64,000 bases of DNA. Source: Candidatus Latescibacterota bacterium. GTDB lineage: Bacteria; Latescibacterota; UBA2968; UBA8231. Below, in pieces: positions 45,597 through 55,958 of the stretch; position 1 is the first letter of the stretch, and the number at the start of each line of letters is the position of its first letter. The stretch lies in the NCBI GenBank assembly GCA_965204725.1, contig OZ242005.1, forward strand, positions 3,264,001-3,328,000. Direction: 5' to 3'. Below the pieces are notes generated by a model. That model was not told where the DNA came from and did no database searches. It was given only the letters and a program-made list of their open reading frames with translations. The translations under genes and the position numbers were made by a program.

Positions 45597-48047
45597 CTAC
45601 ATCATGGTTAGAGGGTCGATGTTGATGGAAAAGTGGAGGGCGTGTTCTTTGGCGGCCGCACGCATGGCCGGCAGGGCACTGAGAGTCGTAGTGCGCAAGC
45701 GGCGCACCGAGGGGCCGCGCAACAGGGCTTGCCAGCGGTAATGACCGCGCAGCCGCGCCAGCGGCGCCGGGGCTGGCCCGAGTACGAGCTCGGCCGCGTC
45801 GAGATCGCGCCGCAGGGCTTGGACGCCTCGTTGGGCGCCGGTCTCAACGGCCTGCTCGCAGGGGCCGCGCCAGCGGAAGACGATGAGGCGGCCAAACGGG
45901 GGAAATCCCGCTTGCTGCCGCTGGGCCAATTCGTTGCGGGCAAAGGTCGCGTAATTTTGGCTGGCGGCCGCGCGCAGGGCTGGGTCGTCGGGTAGCAGCG
46001 TCTGGATGACGACCTCGCCGGCCGTGTGGCCGCGCCCCGAGCGGCCGGCCACTTGAGTTAAAAGCTGGAAGCTCCGCTCGGCCGCACGGAAGTCGGGTAG
46101 GTGCAGGCCGGTGTCAGCGGAAATGACGCCGACGAGCGTAACTTCGGGCAGGTCGAGGCCCTTGGCGATCATTTGGGTGCCGAGCAGCACGTCGGCCTCG
46201 CCATTGCGAAAGCGCTCGACGAGCTCGTCGTGGGCACCCTTCCAAGCGGTGGTATCTACGTCCATGCGGATGACGCGGATGCCGGGGAATTGGGCCAACA
46301 GGGCCTCTTCGACTCGCTGAGTGCCCACCCCGTCGAAGCGCAACTCCGCGCTGCCGCAGGACGGGCACACCGGCGGCGGCGGGGTCGCAAAGTCGCAGTA
46401 ATGACAGCGGGTCTCAGAAGCTGCGGGGCGCTGGTGATAGGTCAGGGAGACGCGGCAACTAGGGCACTGGATCGGCTCGCCACAGGCGGCGCAGCTAACG
46501 AAGGGCGCGAAGCCCCGGCGGTTTTGCAACAGGATGATTTTCTCGCCGCGGTCGAGGCGGCCTTGCATCTTGCCCCGCAACTCGTGCGAGAAGATGGTCC
46601 GCTGCTGCCTTTGGAAAGGCTCCTGTTTCATATCGACGACCCCCACTCGGGGCAAGGGGCGGTCGTCGATGCGGCGGGGCAAGGTGTAGCGATGGTACTT
46701 GCCCGTGGTGGCATTCCAGTGCGACTCTAGGCTGGGCGTGGCCGAGCCGAGGACGACGACCGCGTCGCAGTGCTGCCCGCGGACCAAGGCGAGGTCGCGG
46801 GCGTTGTACGTGAGGGGATGGCTGCTGTCTAGGTCTTCTTGCTTGTACGAGGAATCGTGCTCTTCGTCTACGACAATCAGCCCCAAATCGTCCACCGGCG
46901 CGAGAATGGCCGAGCGCGCCCCGATGAGCAGGTGCTGCTCGCGCCGGCGCAAGCGACGCCAAGTGTCGTAGCGCTCGCCGGCCGAGAGCTGGCTGTGGAG
47001 GACGGCGACGGCCTCGCCGAAGTGCTCCTTGAAGCGCCGCACCATCTGCCAAGCGAGGGCAATTTCTGGAACCAAGACGATCGCGCCCCGCCCCGCAGCC
47101 AACGCTTGCGCCGCGAGTTGGACGTACACGAGGGTCTTGCCCGAGCCGGTGACGCCGTGCAGCAGAGCCGGATGGAACTGCCGGGCGGCGAGCGCGGCCG
47201 ACAGGGCGTTGAGCACCTGTTGCTGGTCGGAGGTCGGGACGAGGGCCGGGGGCACGCCGCTGACAATGTGGGCGAGGGGATCGCGGATGACTTCCTCGGC
47301 CGTTGGCTCAATCAAGCCGCGGTCTGCAAGGGCCTTGAGTATGGCCGAGGAAAAGCCGGCCGCCCTCAGCTCGCTGGACGCGGCCATGGGATGATCGAGC
47401 AAGTAGCGCAGACAGGCCGCTTGCCGCGGGGCGCGCTTTTCAATGGCGGCGATAGCGGCGGGCGCGGCCGATTCGTCGCGCAAGAGGAAGCGGCGTTGGC
47501 TCAGGGGGCGGGGCCGCCGGTCTTGGAGCACGGGCGCGATTTCAATGCGGCCGCTGCGGCGCAGGGAACGCATTCCCTTTTCCAAGCCTCGGCTGCCGAG
47601 TCGGCGCTTGAGGGTGCTGACCTTGAGCGAGCCGCTGCGCTGGAGTTCGCCGAGGATCTGCGCCTCGATACCCGTGTGGTGGCCCGTGGGCGCACCGCGC
47701 AGTTGCACGAGGCGGTTGGAACTGAGTTTGACGCCTGGGGGCAGAGCGGCCATCAGTGCGCTGCCGAGGGGGGCCATGTAGTAGGAAGCCATCCAGCGGC
47801 AGAGCGCGACGACCTCGGGGCTGAGGAGCGAGGTGTCGAGAATTTGTTCGATGGGGCGGATTTTGCTTGGGGGGATGTCGCCGAGTGCGGCTGGCCCCAA
47901 GACGATGCCGGTGAGCCGGCGCTGGAGAACCGGCACCAACACCAGAGCACCCGGCCGTGCTTCCGCGGCGAATTCAGCAGGTACGCCATAGGTCAACTCG
48001 CGCGCTACGGGGGGCGGCAGGGAGACCTCTACGTAGCCTTGGATCAT
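45597..48047 (-). CDS. priA: Primosomal protein N'
   Basis: GVTGSGKT, LVPEI, VDEEHD, four CxxC motifs, GTQMIAKG, QVAGRSGR. Confidence 0.96.
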   Translation of the reverse strand: MIQGYVEVSLPPPVARELTYGVPAEFAAEARPGALVLVPVLQRRLTGIVLGPAALGDIPPSKIRPIEQILDTSLLSPEVVALCRWMASYYMAPLGSALMAALPPGVKLSSNRLVQLRGAPTGHHTGIEAQILGELQRSGSLKVSTLKRRLGSRGLEKGMRSLRRSGRIEIAPVLQDRRPRPLSQRRFLLRDESAAPAAIAAIEKRAPRQAACLRYLLDHPMAASSELRAAGFSSAILKALADRGLIEPTAEEVIRDPLAHIVSGVPPALVPTSDQQQVLNALSAALAARQFHPALLHGVTGSGKTLVYVQLAAQALAAGRGAIVLVPEIALAWQMVRRFKEHFGEAVAVLHSQLSAGERYDTWRRLRRREQHLLIGARSAILAPVDDLGLIVVDEEHDSSYKQEDLDSSHPLTYNARDLALVRGQHCDAVVVLGSATPSLESHWNATTGKYHRYTLPRRIDDRPLPRVGVVDMKQEPFQRQQRTIFSHELRGKMQGRLDRGEKIILLQNRRGFAPFVSCAACGEPIQCPSCRVSLTYHQRPAASETRCHYCDFATPPPPVCPSCGSAELRFDGVGTQRVEEALLAQFPGIRVIRMDVDTTAWKGAHDELVERFRNGEADVLLGTQMIAKGLDLPEVTLVGVISADTGLHLPDFRAAERSFQLLTQVAGRSGRGHTAGEVVIQTLLPDDPALRAAASQNYATFARNELAQRQQAGFPPFGRLIVFRWRGPCEQAVETGAQRGVQALRRDLDAAELVLGPAPAPLARLRGHYRWQALLRGPSVRRLRTTTLSALPAMRAAAKEHALHFSINIDPLTMM

Positions 48048-48940
48048 GGTTGGGCGTCGGGGGCCTCGTCTGTGAGGGGCAGCAGCGTTATGCCGGCGGC
48101 GGTGGCGCGGAAGCGCAGCACTTTATTGGGATCGCCAAGCTGGCCATCGCCGAGGAGTTGGCCGTCCAACCAGTATTGCAGGCCGTGGGGGCGAGTCGAG
48201 AGCACGACGAAGTGCCCGCGGGCCTCAAAGCGGTGGCGCTGGCCGGGCGGGACGATGCCCTCAAAATTTTCCTCTGCGTCATCCCAGTGGATTTGCACCC
48301 AAGTAGAGTCGCGGGCCTCTAGTTCGAGGACGACCGGAGAGGATGCGGTGGCTTGAATAGCGGCCGCTGGTGGCGGGGCGGCTTCGGTGGCGAGGGTGTC
48401 GGTCGCCGGCGAGGAAGGAGCCGTCGGTGGCGGGGCGGCTTCGGTGGCGGCCTCTAACTCGGTGGGTGGCTGGACGAGCAGGGTGTCGTTTGGGGCCGCG
48501 GCGGGCGCGGGTTCGGGCGGCGCGGAGACCGTTTGGGTCGGGGCCGTTATCTTATCGCCTAAGAAGTAATACGCCCCAACGAGCAGGAAGCAGGCACCTA
48601 TTACCGAGCCAATGGCGATCAGCGGGGTCTGCGAGCGGTGCTTGGGCTTGGGCTGCGATAGCAAGACCACCGGGCGTTGGCGAGGTTGGAAGGCCCGGCC
48701 TTGCTGTTGGTCGAAGCGGGTCAGGAACGGCTCGGGGTTGAGGCCGAGGTATTCGGCATAGGCTTTCAGGGCTAAGCGAGCGAATACCGGCTCAACTACA
48801 TCAAACTGGCCGCTTTCTATGCCCCGTAAGACGGCCAAACTAATGCCGCTCTGTTGCTGGACTGTTTCGAGGTCGAGGCCGCGCTCTTGGCGGGCGGCCG
48901 ACAATTCTTCTGCGATGGTTCGTTGTTTTTCTTCGCTCAT
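48044..48940 (-). CDS. rodZ: RodZ-like protein (HTH, TM helix, DUF4115)
   Basis: N-terminal HTH (AYAEYLGL), TM helix, Pro/Ala linker, C-terminal beta domain (STWVQI); ATGA overlap with maf. Confidence 0.75.
   Translation of the reverse strand: MSEEKQRTIAEELSAARQERGLDLETVQQQSGISLAVLRGIESGQFDVVEPVFARLALKAYAEYLGLNPEPFLTRFDQQQGRAFQPRQRPVVLLSQPKPKHRSQTPLIAIGSVIGACFLLVGAYYFLGDKITAPTQTVSAPPEPAPAAAPNDTLLVQPPTELEAATEAAPPPTAPSSPATDTLATEAAPPPAAAIQATASSPVVLELEARDSTWVQIHWDDAEENFEGIVPPGQRHRFEARGHFVVLSTRPHGLQYWLDGQLLGDGQLGDPNKVLRFRATAAGITLLPLTDEAPDAQP
48369..48449. repeat. 24-bp exact repeat in the RodZ linker (ATEAAPPP x2)
   Basis: GGTGGCGGGGCGGCTTCGGTGGCG at 48369 and 48426. Confidence 0.85.
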
Positions 48941-49524
48941 TTTGTGCCCTGATCGTTTAGGTTGTACCCCACCGCGCTCAAAAGGACGCAAAGACGAGCT
49001 AGGGGCAAACCAACTACATTATAATAACAACCTGCGATGCGTTCAATAAAGCGCGCCCCTAGCCCCTGTATGCCATAGCCACCGGCTTTGTCGAGCGGCT
49101 CGCCGCTGGCAACGTAAGCGGCAATGTCGGCCGCGGTCAAGGGCCGCATTGCTACTTGGGTGCAAGCGGCTTCCCGCAGGAGCTGCTCGCCGCTTTGGAT
49201 GGCTAGCCCGGTATAAACCTGATGGACTTGGCCCGACAGGCGACCGAGCATGGAGGCCGCATGGGCCGCGTCGGCCGGCTTGCCCAAGATCGCGCCGTTG
49301 CTCCAGACGATGGTGTCGGCCGCGATGACGATGGCGTCGGCCGTGACCGAGCGGGCAACAGCGCGGGCTTTGGCCTCGGCCGATTCGATAGCATAGTCGG
49401 CCGGAATGGACGTTGCCGGCACTGGCTCGGCCACCGGACTGGGGACCACCGTAAAGGGCAGCGCGAGTTGGCGCAACAGCGCGGCGCGTCGCGGCGAAGC
49501 CGACCCGAGGATGAGCGGCTTCAC
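48937..49524 (-). CDS. maf: Maf nucleoside triphosphate pyrophosphatase
   Basis: LGSASPRR, ADTIV, LGKP, DKAGGYGIQG, NVVGLP. Confidence 0.95.
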   Translation of the reverse strand: MKPLILGSASPRRAALLRQLALPFTVVPSPVAEPVPATSIPADYAIESAEAKARAVARSVTADAIVIAADTIVWSNGAILGKPADAAHAASMLGRLSGQVHQVYTGLAIQSGEQLLREAACTQVAMRPLTAADIAAYVASGEPLDKAGGYGIQGLGARFIERIAGCYYNVVGLPLARLCVLLSAVGYNLNDQGTK

Positions 49525-49964
49525 GCTGGCGACTCCACCATCAAAGTAACCGGGCCATCGTTGTGAATCTCAACCTGCATGTAAGCACCAAAGACGCCGC
49601 GTTGGGGCGGCAAGCCTTGTTCGGCGAGCAGGTCGAGAAAGCGCTCGTAGAGGCGCTGGGCAACCGGGGGGGGAGCGGCGTGGACGAAGCTGGGGCGGCG
49701 GCCTTTGCGACAGTCCCCGTACAGGGTAAACTGCGAGATGGCGAGCACACCGCCGCCCACATCGAGAACCGAGCGGTTCATCTTGCCTTGGTCGTCGGCG
49801 AAGATGCGCAGGTGAGCGCATTTTTCAGCGCAGAAGCGCAGGGCGTGGTCGTCGTCGTTGGGGCCGAAGCCGACGAGCAGGAGCAGACCTTGGCCGATTT
49901 GGCCGCGGAGCTCGCCTTCGACGTGGACGCTAGCGCGGCTGACGCGCTGGACGAGGACCTTCAT
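49521..49964 (-). CDS. dtd: D-aminoacyl-tRNA deacylase
   Basis: VQRVSRASV, SQFTL, NDGPVT. Confidence 0.96.
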   Translation of the reverse strand: MKVLVQRVSRASVHVEGELRGQIGQGLLLLVGFGPNDDDHALRFCAEKCAHLRIFADDQGKMNRSVLDVGGGVLAISQFTLYGDCRKGRRPSFVHAAPPPVAQRLYERFLDLLAEQGLPPQRGVFGAYMQVEIHNDGPVTLMVESPA

Positions 49965-50019
49965 GGGAGGGGTCGATCCGTGGGTGGGTTGGGGAAATAG
50001 GCCATGAGAATTAGCTGTA

Positions 50020-50047
50020 AATGTATCCCCCGCCATACTACTGTCAA
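50020..50047 (-). promoter_or_regulatory. Sigma70-type promoter upstream of dtd
   Basis: Minus strand TTGACA-N16-TACATT. Confidence 0.6.
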
Positions 50048-50053
50048 CCAATC

Positions 50054-52447
50054 CTAAAAGTGCCGCTGGCCGCGCTCGAGTTTGAGCTGGGGAATGTCTT
50101 TTAACTGCATCTTAAAAAAGAACGCCCGGTTTTTGTGGAAGGTGCTCGGTTGCACGTTGAGGGTTGCGGTCCAGTCGTGGAACTCCTTTTGCAGGGACAA
50201 CAGCTCGGAAGTGATGCGCTCGGTGGCCAACAGCCGCGTCCCCGGAGCCCGCAGATTGTAGTTGAGCGAATAATTGCAATGCCAGCTCGCCCCCGAGCTA
50301 AAGCCGGCCGCCGCCCGCACCCAAGAGCGGCTGGTGCTGGCGCGGCGGTGCGAGAAGTAGTGGCTGAGCTGGAAGCGGCTGCCGCGCCGCCGGGTGTCGA
50401 TGTCGCGCATGAGTCCGCTTTCAAAGCCGAAGGATTCCCGGCCGTAGCGGCTGGAGGAGCCGAAGCTGTTCGGATCGGATCGGCTGGAGGAGCCAAAGCG
50501 GCTGTTCGGATCGGCGTCTATAGGCGACGCGGCCGACTGCCGCGACCAGCTAGCCGAGGTCCGCACTTCGAGCTGCTCGCGGCGCGGTGCCCACAGGTGT
50601 AGTCGGTTTTGCTCGTCGTAGAACTGGTGGCGCAAGGTCAGCCGCGAGTTTAGGTAGCGACCCGCTTCGACGCTTAGGGTCGTTCGCAGGTCGTCTAGCC
50701 GGTTTTCCTTTTTCTCAAAGTCATAGCCCGTAGAGAAATTGAGCTGGACTAGGCGCGTTTTGTGCTCTTGCTCGTCGCGCAGAATTTTGGCCCAGAAGGT
50801 GTTGTCGAGGCGGAAGTTCAGGCGTCGTCGGTGTTGGAGGCGGCTGCCGTCGCCGCCAAAGCCCAAGACGCCGCCGGTGTCGGCGCGGGCGGCTTGATAG
50901 TTGAACGCGATGCTCGGTTTGAACACGTGGCGCAGTGCTTGGAGCGGACCGATGGACGGGTTGAAGAGGCCGTAGAAGGTCTGGCTCAGGGCCGTGCGGG
51001 TCGAGAAGCGGTCGCGGCGCAGGCTGCGGACCGCACGCTCGCGCAGGTCTTGGTCTTGCCAGTCTTGGTTGAGGGACGGGCTGAGGTTGAGCCAAGGGAA
51101 GGGGTGGTACTGCGCGCTGACGCGCCAGCTTACTTGGGCCCTAGTTTGGCTGGTCGTATCCGTGCGAGTGCCGCGCCGAGTGTTGCGCAGGCTGGCGTTG
51201 CCATCGTAGTAAATGCGACTGTACCAAGGGAGGTTTTGGCGGCTTGAGCCCTTGGGGGCTTGGCCCCATATCGGCTTGCGGCTCTTGCGTAGGCTGAGTT
51301 CGGGCAGAATGGTGGAGAACGTCTCGGTGTCGAGGTTTTTGGTCTGGCTTGCTTTCAGGCCAAAGCTATTGCCCGAGCCGCGCCAACGCCGAGTGTAGCT
51401 GAGGTTGGAGCGCAAGAGGCGGTTGAGGCGGTCTTGCAGGCTCGCGCTGTTGTCGCGGGCAAAGCTGGTGTTGCTCTGGAAGGTGCCGTTGGCCCGCAGG
51501 CTCGCATCGCGGCCTAGCTCTTGGCTGTGCCTGAATTCGAGTCGCCAGTTGCGCGCCGCCGTGCGGCCTTCTTGGCGGTTTTCAAACTGGGTGCTAACCT
51601 GCCCTCTGAATCGGTAGCGTGCGGCGTAGTTTAGGCGGGCGCGCCCTAGCCAGCCCGAGCGCTGCCGCAGGTCGGCTGCGAGCGACAAGTCCCAATAGTC
51701 ATTGGGCGCGAGGTAGTAGCCCAAGTTGCGCACCTCCCACTCGCTTTGCCGCGCCCCAAACCGAAGGGAGCGTTGCCCAAAACTCGGCGTCAACAGCCCG
51801 GACTGGCGGCCTTCGCGCAGCGAAAATACGTAGAAGGGAATCCACAACAGCCGCCGCTCTTTGATGCGGAAATACACGGGGCGCGCCACGGCGAGGTCGC
51901 CGGCTAGGACCTTGATCCGCGGGCTGTAGAAGTCGAAGTGCGGGTGGTCGGCGTCGCACGTGGTGTACGAGCCTTGGTGGACGTGGAACTCGGTGCTGCT
52001 GCGGGTCTGGATCACGCGCCCGGCGTAAAATCCCTTGTCGCGGTGGATCTTGCCTTTGAGGATGGTTCCTTGCTCGGTGGATAGGTCGTAGAGGATGCGC
52101 TCGCCGCGCAGCGTTTGCTCGCCTTGGCGCAACACCGGGTGGCCGACGACGCGCCCGGTCGAATCGAGGGCCGCGCGCGCTTCAATTTGGTCGAGGGCGC
52201 GGCGGAAGACGATCTCGGCGGCCTCTAGCTGAGCGCCCTTGTGCAAGACGCGGGCCTGCCCCTGCAACAGGAGCGAGTCGCCGACCTCGTAGTAGCGCAT
52301 ATAGGTGGCTTGGTATGCAAAGCTGGCGTCTTGGTCTTGGCCTTGGGCTTGCGTCAGCAGGGCGCGGGCCTGTTGCAGGGGCGTCTCAGCCGCCTCGCTG
52401 CCGCGCAACTGGGCGAGGATTAGGCCGGCGACCAGCAGGGCGATCAT
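50054..52447 (-). CDS. lptD: LPS assembly protein LptD-like
   Basis: N-terminal OstA-like jellyroll, YTTCD..HPH, RQSGLLTP, LGYY; long beta-barrel region; ATGA overlap with rlmB. Confidence 0.85.
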   Translation of the reverse strand: MIALLVAGLILAQLRGSEAAETPLQQARALLTQAQGQDQDASFAYQATYMRYYEVGDSLLLQGQARVLHKGAQLEAAEIVFRRALDQIEARAALDSTGRVVGHPVLRQGEQTLRGERILYDLSTEQGTILKGKIHRDKGFYAGRVIQTRSSTEFHVHQGSYTTCDADHPHFDFYSPRIKVLAGDLAVARPVYFRIKERRLLWIPFYVFSLREGRQSGLLTPSFGQRSLRFGARQSEWEVRNLGYYLAPNDYWDLSLAADLRQRSGWLGRARLNYAARYRFRGQVSTQFENRQEGRTAARNWRLEFRHSQELGRDASLRANGTFQSNTSFARDNSASLQDRLNRLLRSNLSYTRRWRGSGNSFGLKASQTKNLDTETFSTILPELSLRKSRKPIWGQAPKGSSRQNLPWYSRIYYDGNASLRNTRRGTRTDTTSQTRAQVSWRVSAQYHPFPWLNLSPSLNQDWQDQDLRERAVRSLRRDRFSTRTALSQTFYGLFNPSIGPLQALRHVFKPSIAFNYQAARADTGGVLGFGGDGSRLQHRRRLNFRLDNTFWAKILRDEQEHKTRLVQLNFSTGYDFEKKENRLDDLRTTLSVEAGRYLNSRLTLRHQFYDEQNRLHLWAPRREQLEVRTSASWSRQSAASPIDADPNSRFGSSSRSDPNSFGSSSRYGRESFGFESGLMRDIDTRRRGSRFQLSHYFSHRRASTSRSWVRAAAGFSSGASWHCNYSLNYNLRAPGTRLLATERITSELLSLQKEFHDWTATLNVQPSTFHKNRAFFFKMQLKDIPQLKLERGQRHF
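50448..50514. repeat. 33-bp-period tandem duplication in an LptD loop (DPNS(R)FGSSSR x2)
   Basis: CGGCTGGAGGAGCC...GCTGTTCGGATCGG at 50448 and 50481. Confidence 0.8.
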
Positions 52448-53187
52448 GGCTGGCGCTGACTCAGTACTTCGTACAGGGCAATGCCCGCGGCCACCGAGGC
52501 GTTGAGTGAGCCGATGGCAGTGCCCGGCATGGGGATGTGCAAGAGGGCGTCGCAGCGCTTTTGCACCATGCGCCGCAGCCCCTTGCCCTCGCTGCCAATG
52601 ACTAGGGCGCAAGGCTGAACAAAGTCTGCGGCCGGCAAGGGCTGCTCGCCTTGGGCGTCGAGTCCGGCGATGAAAAGCCCACAGTCCGCGGCTTTTTGCA
52701 GGGCCTTTTGCAAATTGTCAACCCGGCAGACGGGTACGTGCTGGGCCGCGCCGGCCGCGGCCTTGAGCGCAGCCGGGGAGAGTCCGGCGGCGGTGCGGGA
52801 CGGCACGACCACGCCTTGCGCGCCGAGCGCGTGGGCACTGCGGATTATGGCGCCGAGGTTGTGGGGGTCTTGGATTTGGTCGAGAAAGAGGATCAGGGCT
52901 GGCGTCGGCAGATGGGCGAGCACATGGTCAAAGTCGGCGTACGACGCGGCGGCCGCATAGGCGACGACGCTTTGGTGGTGGGGACCGGCGAGGCGGTCGA
53001 GCTGGGCGCGGTCGCGCAGATCGTAGGGAATGCGCGCCTGCCGAGCGCGGGCGAAAATTTCGTCGATGACCGGGCCGTGCGCCCCCTTGGCGACGAGTAG
53101 GCGGCGCAGGGGGCGTTTGGCGCGCAGGGCTTCGAGCACGGGGTGGCGGCCCCAAATCAGGTCGTCGGATGGCTGTTTATCAGACAT
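52444..53187 (-). CDS. rlmB: 23S rRNA (guanosine2251-2'-O) methyltransferase
   Basis: GRHPVLEAL, QDPHNLGAIIRSA, GSEGKG, SLNASVA. Confidence 0.93.
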   Translation of the reverse strand: MSDKQPSDDLIWGRHPVLEALRAKRPLRRLLVAKGAHGPVIDEIFARARQARIPYDLRDRAQLDRLAGPHHQSVVAYAAAASYADFDHVLAHLPTPALILFLDQIQDPHNLGAIIRSAHALGAQGVVVPSRTAAGLSPAALKAAAGAAQHVPVCRVDNLQKALQKAADCGLFIAGLDAQGEQPLPAADFVQPCALVIGSEGKGLRRMVQKRCDALLHIPMPGTAIGSLNASVAAGIALYEVLSQRQP

Positions 53188-53237
53188 GCAGGAACGGAGC
53201 GCAGGTCAATCTGCGTTGGCACGTACGATAGTCCGCA

Positions 53238-55868
53238 TCAGTCTCGGCCGGCTCCGTTGATTTTCTCTTTCCATTCATTCAGCTTGAGCAAGGCTTGGAG
53301 CGGCGTCATCTGGCTGAGGTCCAAGTCCTGCAACTCCGCCACCCACGGCGCGTCGGCCGGCGCGGGGAAGAGGTCGAGTTGGGACCGGGGGGTCGGGGCG
53401 GGCGCGTCGGGGCGGTGAATGTCGTCGGTGTCGATCTGGTCCTTTTCGAGGCGGGCGAGAATTTCTTGGGCGCGGGCTACGACTGGGGCGGGCATCCCGG
53501 CCATCTGCGCGACGTTGATGCCGTAGCTTTGGTCGGCCGCCCCCGGAGCTAAGCGGTGGAGGAACACCACGCGGTCGCCTTCTTCGCGCACCTGCACATT
53601 GAAGTTGACGACGCGCTCTAGGTGGCTTTCGAGTTCGGTCATCTCGTGGTAGTGGGTGGCAAAGAGGGTGCGCGGGTGAACCTCGGGGTGCTGGTGCAAG
53701 TATTCGACGATGGCATAGGCAATGCTCAGGCCATCGAAGGTGCTCGTGCCGCGACCGAGCTCGTCGATGAGGAGCAGGCTGCGGCTGGTGGCGTTGTTGA
53801 GGATGTTGGCGGCCTCGTGCATTTCCACCATAAAGGTGCTCTCGCCCCCGGCGAGGTTGTCGGACGCGCCCACGCGGGTGAAGATGCGATCGACGACGCC
53901 GATGGTCGCTTGGCGCGCCGGGACGAAGCTGCCGATCTGTGCCATCAGCGCGATGAGACCCACTTGGCGGATGACGGTGCTCTTGCCGGCCATATTCGGG
54001 CCGGTGATGAGCATGATCTGCGCTCCGTTGGCGTCGAGGCGCACGTCGTTGGGCACGAAGCGGCCCGTGCGAAGCTGACGCTCGACGACTGGGTGGCGGC
54101 CGTCGCGGATATCGATGCGCTCGCTGTCGTTGACTTGGGGCCGAGTGTAGGATTCGCTCTCGGCGACTTCGGCGAGGGAATACAGCGCGTCGATGCGGGC
54201 GATGGCGCGGGCGATCTGCTGAACTCGGGGCGTCCAGCGGGCGGCGCGGTCGCGCAGGGCCAAGAATAACTCGTTCTCTAGCTCTTTGAGGCGATCCTCT
54301 GCCCCTAGGACCTTTTCCTCGTATTCCTTTAGCTCGGGCGTGATGAAGCGCTCGGCGTTGGTCAAGGTCTGTTTGCGATGGTACTCCGCGGGCGTTTTGT
54401 CGAGGTTGGCCTTGCTGATTTCAATGTAGTAGCCAAAGACTTGGGTGTAGCCGATCTTGAGCGAGGCAATGCCGGTGCGCTCGCGCTCGGTGGCCTGCAA
54501 GCGGGCGATGTAGGACTTGCCGCCGCGAGCGATCTGCCGCAGTTGATCGACGTCTGGGTGATGGCCATCGCGGATTAGGCCGCCTTCGGTCAGGGCCACC
54601 GGGGGCGCGTCCACCAAGGCATGGAGGATTTCGGCGACCAATTCGCTGACGTCGGGCAGGCCCTTAGAGCACAGCTCTTGCAGGAGTTCGCTCTGCGCCG
54701 AGGAGAGCGCGGCGCCAATGGCGGGCGCGACGTCGAGCGAGCGGGCGAGGGCCACCATGTCGCGGGCGTTGGCTCGCAGACAGCAAATCCGGGCGATCAG
54801 CCGCTCTAAGTCGCCGACCTGCTCTAGGCATTGGCCGAGGGTGCGGCGGTGGTCGCGCAGGCGCAACAGCCTGTCAACCGCCCCTAGGCGGGCCTCAATG
54901 GCGGCCGGTTTTTTCAGGGGTTGTGCAATCCACTGGCGCATCAGGCGAGCGCCCATCGGGGTGCGGGTGCGGTCGAGGATTTCGAGGAGGGTGTTGGTGC
55001 GGCCCCCGTCTTGGAGGTTGGCCAAAAGCTCTAGGTTGCGCTGGGCCGCGGCGTTGACCAGCACAAAGTCCTCGCGGCGTTTGCGTTGGAGGCGGTTGAC
55101 GTGCTCGACCGCGCCGCGCTGGTTGTCGCGCAAATAGGCGACGGCGGCCCCGCCGGCACAGATGGCGGCCTTCATGTCGTCGCAGCCAAAGCCTTTGAGG
55201 GTCTGCACCCGGAGCTGGTCGGTGAGGGTGTCGTACGCGGTGTCGACCGCAAAGTGCCAGTCTTCGACGTGGCTGATGGCCACGCGCGGCAAGGCGGTCT
55301 GAAGCGTCTGCACCCATTGGGCGTCCGCGCCCGCGGCGATGAGCAGCTCGGCCGGGGCGAGGCTTTCTAGCTCGTCGGCGAGGTCGCCGGCCGGAACCTC
55401 GTCGAGCGCGAAGTCGCCGGTGGATAAATCGACGCTGGCTAAGCCGACGCAGTCGGCGCGGGGACAGAGGCCGACGAGGAAGTTGTTGCGTTGTTGGTCG
55501 AGCAAGGCATCGGAAAGGGCCGTGCCCGGGGAGACGACTTGCACCACGTCGCGCTTGACGACGCCCTTGGCCTTTTTGGGGTCTTCGACCTGCTCGCAGA
55601 TGGCGACTTTGCGGCCGAGTTGGATGAGTTTGGCTAAATAGCCTTCCATGGCGTGATGCGGGACGCCTGCTAAGGGCACATCGCCGGAAGCCTTGCCGTG
55701 GTGGCGCGCCGTCAAGGTGAGGCCCAAAAGCCGGGCGGCCTCTTTGGCGTCGTCGAAGAACATCTCGTAGAAGTCGCCCATGCGAAAGAAGAGGATCGCG
55801 TCTGGGTGCTGGCGCTTAAAGTGCGCGTACTGCTCCATCGCCGGGGTGAGTTTGGTTCTCGGGGACAT
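53238..55868 (-). CDS. mutS: DNA mismatch repair protein MutS
   Basis: TPAMEQY, FRMGDFYEMF, GPNMAGKST, STFMVEM, DELGRGTS, FATHYHE. Confidence 0.97.
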   Translation of the reverse strand: MSPRTKLTPAMEQYAHFKRQHPDAILFFRMGDFYEMFFDDAKEAARLLGLTLTARHHGKASGDVPLAGVPHHAMEGYLAKLIQLGRKVAICEQVEDPKKAKGVVKRDVVQVVSPGTALSDALLDQQRNNFLVGLCPRADCVGLASVDLSTGDFALDEVPAGDLADELESLAPAELLIAAGADAQWVQTLQTALPRVAISHVEDWHFAVDTAYDTLTDQLRVQTLKGFGCDDMKAAICAGGAAVAYLRDNQRGAVEHVNRLQRKRREDFVLVNAAAQRNLELLANLQDGGRTNTLLEILDRTRTPMGARLMRQWIAQPLKKPAAIEARLGAVDRLLRLRDHRRTLGQCLEQVGDLERLIARICCLRANARDMVALARSLDVAPAIGAALSSAQSELLQELCSKGLPDVSELVAEILHALVDAPPVALTEGGLIRDGHHPDVDQLRQIARGGKSYIARLQATERERTGIASLKIGYTQVFGYYIEISKANLDKTPAEYHRKQTLTNAERFITPELKEYEEKVLGAEDRLKELENELFLALRDRAARWTPRVQQIARAIARIDALYSLAEVAESESYTRPQVNDSERIDIRDGRHPVVERQLRTGRFVPNDVRLDANGAQIMLITGPNMAGKSTVIRQVGLIALMAQIGSFVPARQATIGVVDRIFTRVGASDNLAGGESTFMVEMHEAANILNNATSRSLLLIDELGRGTSTFDGLSIAYAIVEYLHQHPEVHPRTLFATHYHEMTELESHLERVVNFNVQVREEGDRVVFLHRLAPGAADQSYGINVAQMAGMPAPVVARAQEILARLEKDQIDTDDIHRPDAPAPTPRSQLDLFPAPADAPWVAELQDLDLSQMTPLQALLKLNEWKEKINGAGRD

Positions 55869-55897
55869 GGTTCGGGGGGGTCGCGGGTTGGGGTGGG

Positions 55898-55940
55898 AAA
55901 AATAAAAGCGCGGTGGAACACTCGTCCGTCCCACCGCGCT
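55898..55940 (-). terminator. Intrinsic terminator after rpsA
   Basis: Stem AGCGCGGTGG / CCACCGCGCT followed on the minus strand by a T-rich tract. Confidence 0.8.
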
Positions 55941-55958
55941 GGGTTGTTGCTGCGGGGC

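Noticed and set aside
46839-48356. Long antisense or alternate-frame ORFs (for example 505 aa opposite priA, 370 aa at 1354-2466, 289 aa opposite glgB)
   Set aside because: Shadow ORFs of GC-rich coding sequence; no motifs, and they overlap well-supported genes.
48369-50514. Short in-frame repeats in RodZ and LptD as contingency loci
   Set aside because: Two-copy duplications in low-complexity linkers or loops; ordinary slippage.
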